NCBI RefSeq assembly: GCF_000400465.1
Contig: NW_008806275.1
Span: 309,656 to 371,655, forward strand
Source of the DNA: Wallemia ichthyophaga EXF-994
Taxonomy: Eukaryota; Fungi; Basidiomycota
Length of the DNA: 62,000 nucleotides
Reading direction: 5' to 3'
Positions 41,719 through 55,236 of the stretch are shown here, piece after piece; the first letter of the stretch is position 1; the number at the start of each line of letters is the position of its first letter. Below the pieces are notes generated by a model. It ran no database searches and was not told the DNA's origin. It saw only the letters and a list, made by a program, of their open reading frames with translations. A program made the translations under genes and the position numbers.

Positions 41719-43844
41719 ATGTGGGTGATTTAGCTACGATGGGAATAAAGTTGAAGCACGTCTAGGGGTTTTCTTCGCCAAGCTACGACGGGTACAGTCC
41801 TATCAATCGCAGCAATGTAAGCAATATCACGTAATAAAAGCGCGTAAAGCTTAAGCGTTTTAGTGTCATATTTGCTATAGTGTCTTTTAATGCCCCACTG
41901 ATCAAGCAGCTCTACTTTATTCGAGTCACGACTAACATCGATATGTTCGACGCTAGGATAGAGCTAGGTACTCTAGGCTACTGCGTATACCTTGAAGATG
42001 GAAAAAGCTGCATAGAGCCTACGCTCGGATATACCATCGGTCAGTCACATGTTTGATTCAAATCACGCGACTGAAGGCTGAACGCTGGTGCAGACCTTGA
42101 AGAAGTCGGCCTAGGAGAATTCCTACAGCTTTCACAAGTACAAGACTTTATGAATTCGATCCCTGATGATGTTATCAACTGGGTTACCTACGTAAGTTTC
42201 ATCGGAATGCATTGATATGTGCCCGTTTGACTAATTTATCTAGGTTTTCGTATTACATTTCATGTGCGGAGGTTTTTTAAGCGTACATTAATAAGCTTAT
42301 GCACTACAGCTCTCTCGGGCTTTCATTCTTAACAGTTTTGGTCGGAATTTTTTCACATATTCGAGAGCTTGGCAGATCTTACTGGAGCAGCTTAATCTCG
42401 ATTCTAGCATGCGTGTAGGTGTTTAGGTTACCAGCTAGCTATCACGCTTATGCAACACTAGCGTTGCCCTAATCACATTTGCTTTCGATATGGCATTCGC
42501 AGTGAAAACACGTAACAGGTTGAACGATACAAATGTAGCAACAGCTCAGATTGGACAGTCTGTCTGGCTTGTACTTGCTGCAGCTATTGTTGTGAGTTAG
42601 ATCACATATACAAGGGCGATTATTGACAGTGCACAGCTTGTAATATCAGTCTTCATGTTTTTAGCTGGAATTGCAATGTCTCGCCGTCAACATAAGACAA
42701 GAGACTTATTTGACAATGAGAAGGTTAATAGTGATAGTCACCAACATAATCAGAATGATACCTACGGTATGGGCGAGAGACGTAAGCTTAATAAGCAAGA
42801 TAGAGATAAACCAGACGATAGTTCATCAGCATCATTCTCACCATTACCAGGGTCATATACATCAGACCAACAGCCATTAACACCAAATGCTGGTAGACCT
42901 TACGAATCTAATCATTGGGATGATACACGATCGACAGTACATAACTCACAGGGTTACGGACAAACGCCACAAATGCAACATCTGCAGCCTCATATGCAGC
43001 CTCAGATTCAGCCTCATATGCAGTCTCAGATGTATCAGAACCAAGGACAACCTCAATTAGATTCAGGAAGGCCGACATCACCATTCGAACAGCAGATGAT
43101 GACGCAACCAATGCTGGCACCTTACATGCCACAACCATCGATATCACCATTGCCATTTGCACGCTCACCTCAACCATCAGTGTCATATGTATCATCACCA
43201 CCACCTAGCTCAATGTCACCACCACCGATGCCATATGCGCGGTCGCCGCCACCTCAAATGGCAACAAATCAAATGTTCGCAGCACCGCAAATGTCTTGGT
43301 ACTATAATCCAGCAGCGCAGGGTGGACAATATGGGCAACTCGCACCATCAGAGATATCTAATGATCAAAGCGGTGGATCATACTGGCCGAACCCTAACGG
43401 ATTGGTGCCAAATCACGGTAATAATGCAAGTGAGTGATATTTTAAAGAAAAGATGAGAACTAAAGATAATTAGTAATAAGTAGAGTAACGAGCCCTGTGA
43501 ATACAGGACAATTTCATATGACGAATAATGTTGCACAGCAAGCAGCGGCTGGAGCACTTTCAACATACCAAGCCAATCCTAATGAAGAGAAGGGATCTGA
43601 AGAGAAAAACGATACATTGACTTCACCACCGGCATCGTCACCGTTGACACAGACCAGCGCAGTGCCACTTACAGCGAGAAAGCCAAAGAAGCAGCAGCAA
43701 CAGCAATGGTCAGCACCGTTTATAAAATCACCGCCACCTCCAGAGACATACGCAGAACCAGAAGGTGATCCATACCGTTCAGCCAGGGCTATGCCTCGAA
43801 GGATGGATAACGAAGACTCAAAGGAGCCACCACCATATCAATGA
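41719..43844 (+). CDS. SUR7/PalI (Rim9-like) membrane protein with Pro/Gln-rich tail ending in PPPY; ATG split by an intron
   Basis: Spliced N-terminus MGFLRQATTGTVLSIAAIVIFAIVSFNAPLIKQLYF..LGTLGYC; 3' ORFs joined by intron GTGAGT..AATTAG. Confidence 0.75.
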
Positions 43845-43949
43845 AAGACAAACTGTAATAAACGATTTATAATGCTTTTAATTTAATAAAAATTTTGATA
43901 TTCTTGGGAATTTTTCATTGGTTTGAGTAGACAGTTAAAGTAAACGATC

Positions 43950-46667
43950 ATGTCATTTTTCAGGTGAATAAGAATGAAATAGAGACAAGATGATATTAAC
44001 GGAGATTATTTTTATAGACGCGCAGGCAGCTCATCGGAAAGCGATTCATCATCTGAGGAAGAAGAACTTTTATCTTCATCTGGGTCTGAAGATGAGGAAG
44101 CACCAGTGAGTTATGAGGAGATTTGAATAGGGGCTGAATTAACTCAAATTTAGCCACAAAAGCAAGAATCAAAGCCAATGTCTAGATTCTTAAAGACAGC
44201 TGGCGGCGATAGCTCCTCATCCTCAGAATCATCCGATGAAGAAGATTCTGATGATTCTGACGACGATGAAGCTCCAAAGAAATCAAAGTTCCTTAAAGGC
44301 GCTCAATCTGATGATTCAGATCAAGAGGAAGATACGAAGAAGATTGTTAAATCAGCAAAAGATAAGAGAGTTGAGGAAATGGAATCTATCATAAAATCTC
44401 TCGATAATGCCCACAAGATCAGTGACTGGGCTGCTATCAACACGGAATTTGACAAATTGACGCGTCTTATCATTCGTTTACAAACACTTCATGAACCAAT
44501 TCCTGCCATGTTCATTAAAACTTTAGTTACGCTCGATGATGACTTGAAGAGCGACAAGGGCGATACAAAGAAGAAGTTGAATGCTACCAACAACCGTGCA
44601 ATGAACGGTATGCGTCAAAAGATTAAAAAGAGTATAAGGGATTGGGAAAAGGACGTTGAAAGCTACCGCGTGAATCCTGAAGAGTACGAGTCAAACGCTG
44701 CTGCCGTTTCTGCCGCTCATGCTCCAGGTGTTGCCCCAACCAAACCAAGAGCTGAAAAAGCTGAAAAAGCTGCAGATGAAAATGGTCTTGGATTCTCAAC
44801 CATCGGTAAAGCCGGTAAAGCTACAGATGAACCAACTATTACACCTGAAACTTTATTCAGGCACTTATCTGGTATCCTAGAAGCTCGTGGTAAGAAGAAC
44901 ACTGATAGAAGTGAACAAGTTCGTACACTTGAGAAGCTTCTTAAGGTTGCGTCAACTCCTTACTCAAAGATTCGGGTTCTTTTGGCTTTGATTTCCTCAA
45001 GATTTGACTACAACGCCACCAACCAAGCACACATCCCGCCTCCATCATGGGTTTTGGCCAGAGCTGAATTTGATAGCCTGGTTGATCTTCTGATTAGTCA
45101 ACCACAATACATTGTCAGAGAAGAGACTGTAGAATATGAAGACTCCGTTGAAAGAAAACCACAGGGCACTGATGATGTCGTGCAAGTTCGTGGTTCATTG
45201 GTATCTTTCATTGAGAGACTTGATGATGAATTTACCAAGACACTTCAAAATTCTGATCCTCACTCACTTGAATACGTCGAAAGGCTCTCTGCTCAGAAGA
45301 GTTTGTATCAAACAACGGTCAAGACACAAGCTTACTTCGAGCTGATAAAGGCGGAATTACCAATTTCAAGAACTGTAATGCGCAGACTTGAACATATATA
45401 CTCCAAGCCAGATGCTGTTGTTGAAGTATTAGAAAAGTCAGCAAACCAAGCCCTTGGTCAATTGAAGTCAACCATTACACCACTACAGTCTACATTCTCA
45501 TCAACTAAGTTAGTTCATCAACTCTGTACTTATCTCTACGGTGCCTCCGATGGCTTATTACGTACGAGAGCAATGCTTTCTCATATTTATCATCACAGTT
45601 TACACAACAACTTTCACACAGCTCGTGATATGTTCTTAATGTCCCACTTACAAGAAAGCATCAGCAGGGCCGATGTTGCAACTCAGATATTGTTCAATCG
45701 TACAGTAGTTCAATTAGGTCTTTGTGCATTTAGATCAGGTTTGATTAGAGAGGCTAGAGATTCGTTGAGAGAAATATTCCAATCAGGTAGACCAAAGGAA
45801 TTGTTAGCACAGGGAGTAACGCAACAAAGATACATGACTATGACACCTGAACAAGAACGTGCAGAGAAGTCAAGACAAGTTCCCTTCCATATGCACATCA
45901 ACTTAGAATTATTAGAGGCTGCATACTTAGTCAGCTGCATGCTGATCGAAATACCAAAGTTGGCTTCAGCTGCTGAAGATCCAGATGCTAAGAGGAAGAT
46001 TTTATCAAAGGCTTTCAAGAGGCAATTAGATTTCGCAGAAAGGCAAGCATTCAATGGACCACCGGAGAACACACGTGATTATATCATGCAAGCTTCAAAA
46101 GCTTTGCAACAAAGTGATTGGGAAAAGTGTCGTGATTTGATTCATGGTATAAAGATCTGGTCATTAATGCAAGGTGAAAGTCAAACGAAGGAGATGTTGA
46201 CAAGGTGAGTATTATAAATTATAGTAGAAAATTTATTTTAACGAAAAAATAGCAAAATACAAGAAGAAGCAATGAGAACATACTTGTTCGCAAATTCATC
46301 ATTCTATGAGAACATATCAATCTCCATACTGTCCTCTGCGATGGAATTGGATGAGAAACATGTGAACTCGATAATCTCAAAAATGATATGGTCTGAAGAA
46401 TTATCAGCAACAATTGATCAATCCAACAACGTTGTAGTGTTCTCAAAGGTCGAACCAACAAGACTGCAGTCATTATCAAACCAATTGCTTGATCGCGCAA
46501 ATAGCTTAGTAGAGTTGAATGAGAAAGCATGGCAATTGAAGTTTGATGATGGTACTAATAAGTCAGATGATTTGAGCGCAAGAATTCGTCGTGGTAACCG
46601 AGGACAGGGTCAACAAAAAAGCAGTAGGCCACAGTTCTCCAATCAGACGAGAAAAGTACCTGTATAA
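43950..46667 (+). CDS. NIP1: translation initiation factor eIF3 subunit c
   Basis: Spliced acidic Ser-rich start MSFFRRAGSSSESD, KSAKDKR, EARGKKNTDR, PFHMHINLELLE, GPPENTRD, PCI domain. Confidence 0.95.
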
Positions 46668-46837
46668 AAATTTCTGTTTATATATTTCTGCATTATCACA
46701 TTATGTTTAGATTATAGGGAGAAACTCACGCCAGTGACAAATTCGCCAAGAGCTGGTTCATCTTACGCATATGAAAGAATGGCAATGATTAGAATTACAA
46801 GGTACATTGATGAATGAGCGCTGTTGGGAAGTATAGA

Positions 46838-49350
46838 TTATTTGCGTAAAAAGAAATTCTTGAAATCAGAGAACATGGGTACTGCAGGGGAAATATTCTT
46901 GCTATCAGCTTTATTAGGGTTATTATTGTAATCTGTTGGTGAACAGTTATCACCCTCTGATTTATTGTTGATTGTTGGGACTGGTATGAGTGGTCGATTT
47001 GGAGGATCCATGTCTAATTCTGTCAAGAACGAATTTGATTGTTTTTCAGATTGCGATTCAGTGGCTGTAACTGCTCTGAATATTTCATGTATTTGACTTT
47101 GATCCTTTTTGGGTAAACCTTTCATTTCAAGTACCTAAATCGTAAAGTCAATTGTTTTATAGACTTTGAAACATCATGTGGCATACTTTTTGAAAGTTTT
47201 GGGAGGAGCTGTCGGCAATTAATGTCGTGTAAGATTGAACAAACGCCTCTGCTGGTACTGATGGTGCAAGCACTACCTTGAGAAGAGTTTCCAATGGAAT
47301 TAACGCTCTATTGACATGTCTAGCGTATCTATAATAATTAGGTGAGTTATTTCAACATTCACGATTAATTTGCCTACGCAGATGTTGTCGATCCTGTTTC
47401 ACGAGGACTTTCCATTGAATCTAGGAATGCTTGACGAAAAGACTGTAAATCAAGTAGTAGCTAATTAAATGTCAATTTAGTTAATCATATTAACATATTA
47501 CTTACTTGCTCAACTCCGAGTGAAGATAATGGACGAGACTTAACGATGTTTCTCGTTAGCAATGCAACTGATAATGAAACAGCTTTATCAAGGAAGCTGC
47601 GATAGTATTTACGCTGATCAATGGATTTTGTAACATTTGAGCTTAGGTTGAGAATACACTGAGATAAATCGATGACGTATTGACTGGGATTACTAACAGA
47701 TGTGATATTGTTCGACTTCTTTTTTGAATTACCCAATTGTGACCATTGAATACGTGACATGTCATTAAGCGGTGTTTCGATCCCAAGCTCAAAGTTGTGT
47801 AAACAACGTTGTAAGCAATTTGAAATGATAGAGTTAAAGATTTCGCCTTCTTTTTCAAAGGAGATATCGCCTTTAAATGGGATGTAGACATATTCTTTTA
47901 GCTTTTCTTCAAGTTGAATGGCAGTTGATAAGCAATAATCAGCAGTATTAATGATAAGACCAGAAATTTTAATTTCATTGTAGTTGACTTTTGAGTCAAG
48001 GGATCTACGTGAGTTTATGCCATGAATCAGCTGAGCTTTGAGGATGTCGTTAGCGTAAATCTTCAACCACTTGCTGTAAAGTTTTGATAAATCAACAATA
48101 GGTTTACCATTTGTCAATGTAGCGCATTGACTGAGAATTTGACGGTAGTTTAGGAAGAGCTCGCTTGAAGATTCCAAAACTGAAGCAGTACTACTTTCTT
48201 CAACGAATTGATGAGAGCTTGAATCAGAGAACTTTGTGAATAGATCAGCGAGAGATTTATCTTGATGGGAGATGTAGACGTGAAAGACATTTTGATAAAC
48301 AAGTGAAATTGATTTGAAACCACCTTGATCGTTAAACTGGGGAATTATTAGTGGGGATAGAATTATGGAAGTGAATCTACGCACATGAAGATTAAGTTTC
48401 TTTTGCATTTGAGATTCAAAGTCCTTGGTGATTCTGATAGCTTCTATCAGACTGTCAACGTTTAAGTTTGAGTTTTTTAGGACAATCTGAATATCTTGAC
48501 TTGTATAATCGTTGAACTTGGCTAACAATTGAGATTTAATATTCCAATGAATAGGCCAAATATTTGATAAATCTTGTTGATGTTGGAATTGCTTTAGAAT
48601 GCGATTGAACCAAGCGAATCTAGTTGATAAATTATCAAGTTGACCAGCTTCATCTGAAGGGCTAAAAATGCGTCTATAGTCGCGTAAAATGAAAGCGATG
48701 AACCAATCAATAATGTTAAGTTTCACTTGAAGACCCAATTTGTCAATTAAAAGGGCAGAATCTTTAATGGTTTTACGTTGACGTTCACCTCCCATATCAA
48801 TAGTAGTAGGTAAAGAGGAAGACCAATAAGATTTGAATTCTCGAACTAATTGATCACGTAGCTTAGCTTGAGACATTTGAGCTTGAGTCAAAATATCAGC
48901 AATTTTAGGAACTCTAGCTAAAGGAGATAAGGAGTTAGATAGAGAGATTAAATCTTGTAAGGGCTTAATGATAGTAGAGTAAGAGTGAATAGATAGTTGA
49001 TAATCCAATTGATTTGTGAGGTTAACAAGAAGTTGAAATTGTTTCAGCGTAGACATTGAGTTGGACAAATTGGATTTGACTAAATTTAAGTTTTTAATAT
49101 CATCAGTGATAGATCTGATGGTGTATTCTGAATTAACAGCGTGATGATGAATGTTTGATAGGTTGATGAATGTACTATCATTTAAATTGATCTGATTGGA
49201 CGAGTTCAAGTATTGGATATTCTGATAGAGGTTTTTGAGGTTAATGAGTAATCTATATCTCTCTAAAGCCAATTTACTGTGTTTGATAGAATCAGGGCTA
49301 TTGAATAATTTATCTATATTTTCAATTTTACTTGAATCCCCTATAGTCAT
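46838..49350 (-). CDS. VPS53: GARP complex subunit Vps53, multi-exon (3' end approximate)
   Basis: IKNLNLVKSNL..MSTLKQFQLL, DEAGQLDNLSTRFAWFNRIL, INTADYCLSTAIQLEEK, GVEQ. Confidence 0.88.
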
Positions 49351-49446
49351 TTCTTTCTTTCAATAAACTTGGTTTCGAATTACTTGTTTGCGACCAAGAC
49401 CAACCGCCCCCAGAAATTTCCACGTGTTAAATTATTGTCGAGTGAA

Positions 49447-51425
49447 ATGGAGTGTAGTAGCGTTGACAATAATTTGAACAAGTTTTTATCAAATGATAAT
49501 CAGGTTGTTAATGATCAATTCACTCGTAGAAGGACAGCTCATAATCATTTCAAATCCACACACTATCAAAACTTGAAAGAAATCAACCAATTGGAACACA
49601 ATGATAGATTCAAGTTCGATAAAGTCGGCCATCAACTTGATAACATTTCAAATGAATGGATTACTCAGTTTAATCATTCAAATCACTCCCCTATTGAAAG
49701 AGTTAACAGTCAGTTCAATAATAATTGGTCAAATGAATTCATTCGGTCAAATGAATTCAAAATGTCTTCTTCTTCCCCTTCAACTTCCTCCTTCAAACAA
49801 AATTACGTCAATTTCAATCATCCTTATCAATATGATAGAAATTTGAATATTTTGAATGATTACAGTCAATTAAATGAAAAATCTAATTGGGATAAGCAAT
49901 TTGATCAATTCAATAATCATCAACCTGTTGACATTCAACCTTCTTCACCAAATGATGATTTAGCTAAAACTGCTGCAGATTTAATTGACACTGTTCAGCC
50001 TCATAAACTCGAAAAATTCAAAAATTCAAACTTTTTCTCCTTGATGAATGGTTTAGCAACAGGTAAGACTCAATTAGATCAAGATCAATTTGTTGATAAC
50101 AACATATCTGACTGGTCAACTTCATTCATCGATAGTCAACAAACTAATCAACACGCTCATCATAATCAACAAATTCAACAAACTCAAACCTCTCAAAATC
50201 AGCAGTTCAACCCCTCCATCTTAAACGCACCTCCTCCTTACCACAAACTTTTCGGTATGTTCGACTCACCTTCGCCTACATCTGCAACCAACAAGGAATC
50301 TCTTCAAGATGGTAGCCTTGAGCAAGGTAGTGGTTCTGCCACTGGTGTGAGAGGTCCACAAGAAATTGAATGGGATAACTTTATTACTACTTTGGATTCT
50401 TTGGATTCTACTAACTCGCAGTATCTCACCTCAAATCATGTTAGCAGTGCACATTCTGATCTAAACCATTCACTTCAAAACCCTAAACAATGGTATCAAC
50501 TTGGTATGTCTCAACAAGAAAATGAAAATGAACATGAAGCTATACCCGCACTACTCAAAGCTGTTGAATTGGATGACAAGTTTGAGAATGCTTGGCTAGC
50601 TCTCTCGATTAGTTACACAAATGAATCAAATAAAGTTGAAGCTATCAATGCAATTAAGAAATGGTTAATTGCCAAAAAAATTAATCTCAACTCAATTGAT
50701 TACTCAGATAAAGATCATTTCCATTTAATTCAAATACTCTGCCAAATGATCAGAGACAATATCAATCAAGACCAAATTCAACCAGATCTACAAGTAGCAC
50801 TGGGTGTACTCTTCAGTCTCAATGAAGAATATGACAAATCCGTTGATTGCTTTAGTACTGCTTTATCAATCAAACCAAACGCACGTCTTTATTTTGTTGA
50901 CGACCTTAACTAACATACGTAATCAGGACTGGTTATTGCTTAATAGATTAGGTGCAACCCTCTCAAATAGTGGTAAATGTCAATCCTCACTTGAATACTA
51001 TTATCGTGCATTGGAATTACATCCAACTTACGTTAGAGCAAAGTTCAATCTTGGTATAGCATTGATGAACATCAGGGTTCGTTCACTTGACTATTTCAGG
51101 TCTTTGCTAATTCTATTCGCTCTTCTAGGACTTTGAAGAAGCTATTCAACAAATACTCTCTGCTGTTGATATACAATCTCAAGGTAATCAAGCCGATAAG
51201 AGTAGCCAATTTAATAATAATATGTGGGATACCCTTAAGAATTGCTTGCTGCAGTGAGTATTTTCTTGAAAGGACGTTAATTTTAATTGACAAAATGATT
51301 AGAATGCGCAAAAGTGAATTAATTCAATTGTGCAACGAGAAAGACATTGATGGTGAGTACATAATGATACAACAATTATATCTGACAAATTGAGCAAAGG
51401 ATTTAGAAGACATTTCAATTTCTAA
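49447..51425 (+). CDS. PEX5: Pex5-family peroxisomal import receptor
   Basis: N-terminal Cys (MECSSVDNNL), WxxxF motifs (WITQF, WSNEF, WDKQF, WSTSF), TPRs, NRLGATLSN, RAKFNLG. Confidence 0.85.
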
Positions 51426-51431
51426 ACCTTT

Positions 51432-52262
51432 TCACCTTCTTGGCTTTTTGGGTAAGAATATTGAAGGCTGTGATGACATGGGTGGATTTAGAGGAGATTG
51501 GATTGTGTTTGATAGTGTTTTTAATGATGTATTTTTATCTGTTTTGCTTTTGATTGATGTACTATTGTTTCTATCATTCGGCTTCTTAATAACCTTGATA
51601 GAGGTTGAAACAGATGGTGATTTTGTTCGCTTTGTTGATGATGACGTGAATGAAGTAGGCTTACTGATATTTGATAGGGTTGAAGGAGAGTTTGATACCT
51701 CAGGAGCTTTCGATGTAACTTTTCTTTTAAAGGGTTTTAAAAACCTATTATTTTTACCTGCGGAGGTCATTTTGGCTTCATTCATTGACTTTTGATAGAG
51801 TGATGAATCTTATTTTGGTTGTAAGTGATGAATAGGGTTTATGTTAGTGAAACACTTACTAGAAGACTTGTGACGTTTAGATGGAATATCATTTGTGAAC
51901 ATAGTTTGACGTTTTAGCCTCTCGTTTTGAACGTCTTGTTGTTTGAGTCTTAGTCTTTGTGCAGCAGTGTTCAACAAAGAGGACTGATTAGATTCAACTT
52001 GTAGGAAGAGCTGCCTCCAAGAATCAGGTGAGTGAGATAAGTCCTGATAATGCTTAGGGAAGGATTGCTTGAATACTTTAAACCAAATTTCATCATCATG
52101 GTGAATCAATGAAGGAGTATTAGATTCTAGTGTCTTTAATTGATTGCTATTGCAGTTGATCAGGATATGTTTGATGAGATCATACGGAGTATCGCCAATG
52201 TCAGATAGAGTGTGCAGGTAATTCAGAATGCATTTTGACGAATAAAATTTTAAGCTTTTCAT
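51432..52262 (-). CDS. ELA1: Elongin A-like protein (one intron ~51786-51860)
   Basis: SLK..S.K.I..Y...L.DIGDTPY.LI..IL..C...QL..LE..TP; SWRQLF. Confidence 0.8.
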
Positions 52263-52639
52263 TTGATTGATTTCTTAATTTTGTCCAGAGATGGTGGTTG
52301 GGATATTGTAGAGTTATCACCTAATTCAGTATAAGGAGTAAAGTGTAAATTAAAATTATTGTTGTCCTGTAGCTCAGCTTGAACAATGTTCTTCCGTAAG
52401 ATATCGCTGACTTCGGATAGTTGATTTAATTGAGATTGTTGCTGTGAAGCGTCTAAATGTGGTAGATTGTAGAACTTATCCCTAATGACCAACTTGGATT
52501 GACGTATTGCTTGATTGTCGCCTGTGAAGGAATGGGCTGAGTTATGCAGCACCGGAGTGAGACCAACACACACACCTTTAAAAGTTATATTTATAGATTT
52601 CAATAAATTTTTGTAGATGGCTTTGAAATTACTTGACAT
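52259..52639 (-). CDS. MZM1: LYR-motif complex III assembly factor Mzm1/LYRM7 (one in-frame intron)
   Basis: YKNLLKS..ITFKGD, ILRKNIVQAE, TELGDN. Confidence 0.8.
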   Translation of the reverse strand: MSSNFKAIYKNLLKSINITFKGVCVGLTPVLHNSAHSFTGDNQAIRQSKLVIRDKFYNLPHLDASQQQSQLNQLSEVSDILRKNIVQAELQDNNNFNLHFTPYTELGDNSTISQPPSLDKIKKSIK

Positions 52640-52735
52640 TGATATTTATTTAAATTTTATATTTTTTATTTAGCCCAACGCAACGCAACGGTTGATTAAA
52701 TGTCGATTGCTTAGTCTGTTTCTCTTAAACTAAAA

Positions 52736-55236
52736 ATGTCAAATACGTCTAATCTACAACGGTTGAATAACAAGACTATTAGGCTTACTGGTGAGCGATA
52801 CTGTATACTCACGTTACTCACGTTACTCACGCTTCCCTCACTCCACAGTCGTCGCAGCCGATGGCGTTGTCAAGAGAGACGTCTTCAAGCTCCCTGATCC
52901 ATTCGCAGTGATCACCGTCGATGGCTCACAAACACATACAACTTCAGTTATCAAGAAAACTCTCAACCCGTACTGGAATGAGAGTTTCGATATTCAAGTC
53001 AAAGACTCCTCAGTTATCGCTGTACAGGTATTCGACCAAAGAAAGTTTAAACGTCGCGACCAAGGCTTTCTAGGCGTTATTAATTTAAAAGTTACGGATG
53101 TTTTGGACCTTGATATCGGTGGAACTGAAATGAGAACTTTTGAATTGAAAAAGTCAAATGATAACCTAATCGTTCATGGAAAGCTTATTCTTTACTTGAG
53201 CTCAAACGTTTCAAACCCTATACCCCCTGCAAATATCAATAGCACTAACAACTCTACCAACAATACAAATACTTCAGGTACTTCTACTCCTCCAACTTCT
53301 ACTAACCCCCCTCCTATCAATTCCTCCAACTCTGCTACTTCTCTTGCAGGTCCTTCAAACAATCTCGATTCTTCTCTTCCAACTCACTCTCAAGCTACTT
53401 CTCCCGTTGATCCTTCAAGGCAATTACCTCCAAACATTTCCTCAAACGTTGGTAGACAATTCGATCCGCATGAGGATCAATATGGCTCTTTACCCTCCGG
53501 TTGGGAACGTAGAACTGATCACTTAGGTAGAACTTATTACGTCGATCATAATACTAGAACCACCACTTGGAATAGGCCTAATAATCTCTCTACGTCTGTA
53601 AATAATCAATCTGCTGAGCGCAGAGCTATGGATTCAAGGGCTCTACCTGACGACGTTTTAAATGCTACCAGTAGACCTGCTCCTTCAAATTCTAATCTAG
53701 CTGCTATGCTTAACAATGGCCCTTCAAATACTCAATCTGGCCAAGGTCCTCTACCTGCTGGTTGGGAGCAACGTTTCACAGCTGAAGGTAGACCTTACTT
53801 CGTTGATCATAACACAAGAACTACTACTTGGGTTGATCCAAGACGCCAACAATTACTAAGAGTTCTAGGTCCAAATGGTAATAATCTCTCTGTACAACAG
53901 CATACTGTTTCTCAACTTGGCCCTCTACCATCTGGTTGGGAAATGAGGTTAACTTCAACTGCTAGAGTTTATTTCGTTGATCACAATACTAAAACTACTA
54001 CCTGGGATGACCCAAGGTTGCCTTCTTCCCTCGATCAAAACGTTCCTCAATACAAACGTGATTTCAGAAGAAAATTAATTTACTTTAGATCGCAACCTGC
54101 ACTTAGGCCAATTCCAAATCAATGTCACATCAAGGTTAGACGTAATCACATCTTTGAAGATAGTTATGCTGAAATAATGCGTCAAACTCCAAATGATTTG
54201 AAGAAGAGACTTATGATAAAGTTTGAAGGCGAAGATGGTTTAGATTATGGTGGTGTTTCGAGAGAATTCTTCTTCTTACTTTCACATGAGCTCTTCTCTC
54301 CATTATATTGCTTATTTGAGTACAGTGCTCATGACAATTATACTCTACAGATTAATCCAAACTCTTCAATTAATCCTGAGCATCTCAATTACTTTAAATT
54401 CATTGGTCGTTGTGTTGGTTTAGCTATCTTCCATAGAAGGTTTTTAGATGCTTACTTTATCACATCATTATATAAGATGATTTTGAACAAACGTATCGGA
54501 TTACAGGATTTGGAATCCGTTGATGCCGAATTACACAGATCAATGTCATGGATACTCGATAATGATATCACTGACATTTTAGATAACAACTTTGTCGCAG
54601 ACGTCGAAACTTTTGGTGAAATTCAATCTGTTCCTCTTAAAGAAGGTGGTGAAGATGTTGAATTAAACGAATCAAATAAGAAAGAATATGTTGATCTCAT
54701 GGTTCAATTCAGAATCGTTACAAGGGTTAAAGATCAATTCGAAGCTTTTATGTCTGGATTCAAAGAGTTAATACCACAAGATTTAATCAATGTTTTCGAT
54801 GAGAGAGAATTAGAATTACTGATTGGTGGTATGGCGGAAATTGATATAGAAGATTGGAAGAAGCATACTGACTACCGTGGTTATACCGAGTCAGATCAGG
54901 TTGTTCAGTGGTTTTGGAATGTCGTGAAAAATTGGCCAACTGAAAAGAAATCTAGATTGTTACAATTCACTACTGGTACTTCAAGAATACCTGTCAATGG
55001 TTTCAAAGATTTACAAGGATCCGATGGTCCTCGTAGATTTACTATTGAAAAGGCTGGTGAAATTAATCATTTACCAAAATCACATACCTGTTTCAATAGA
55101 GTGCGTTTTCTTATTGATTCTCAAATGCGAATTAACCGCTCTGTAGATTGACTTGCCTCCTTATCGGAATTTTGAAGCATTAGATCAAAAGCTAAGTACG
55201 GCTGTTGAAGAAACTCTTGGATTTGCAGTCGAATAG
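52736..55236 (+). CDS. RSP5: HECT E3 ubiquitin ligase (C2, three WW domains, HECT)
   Basis: [12 protein letters not shown], three LP.GWE.R WW domains, [18 protein letters not shown]|IDLPPY. Confidence 0.97.

Noticed and set aside
44000-55236. Horizontal transfer as the cause of low GC
   Set aside because: The genes are conserved eukaryotic core genes with host-type introns, and the change is gradual
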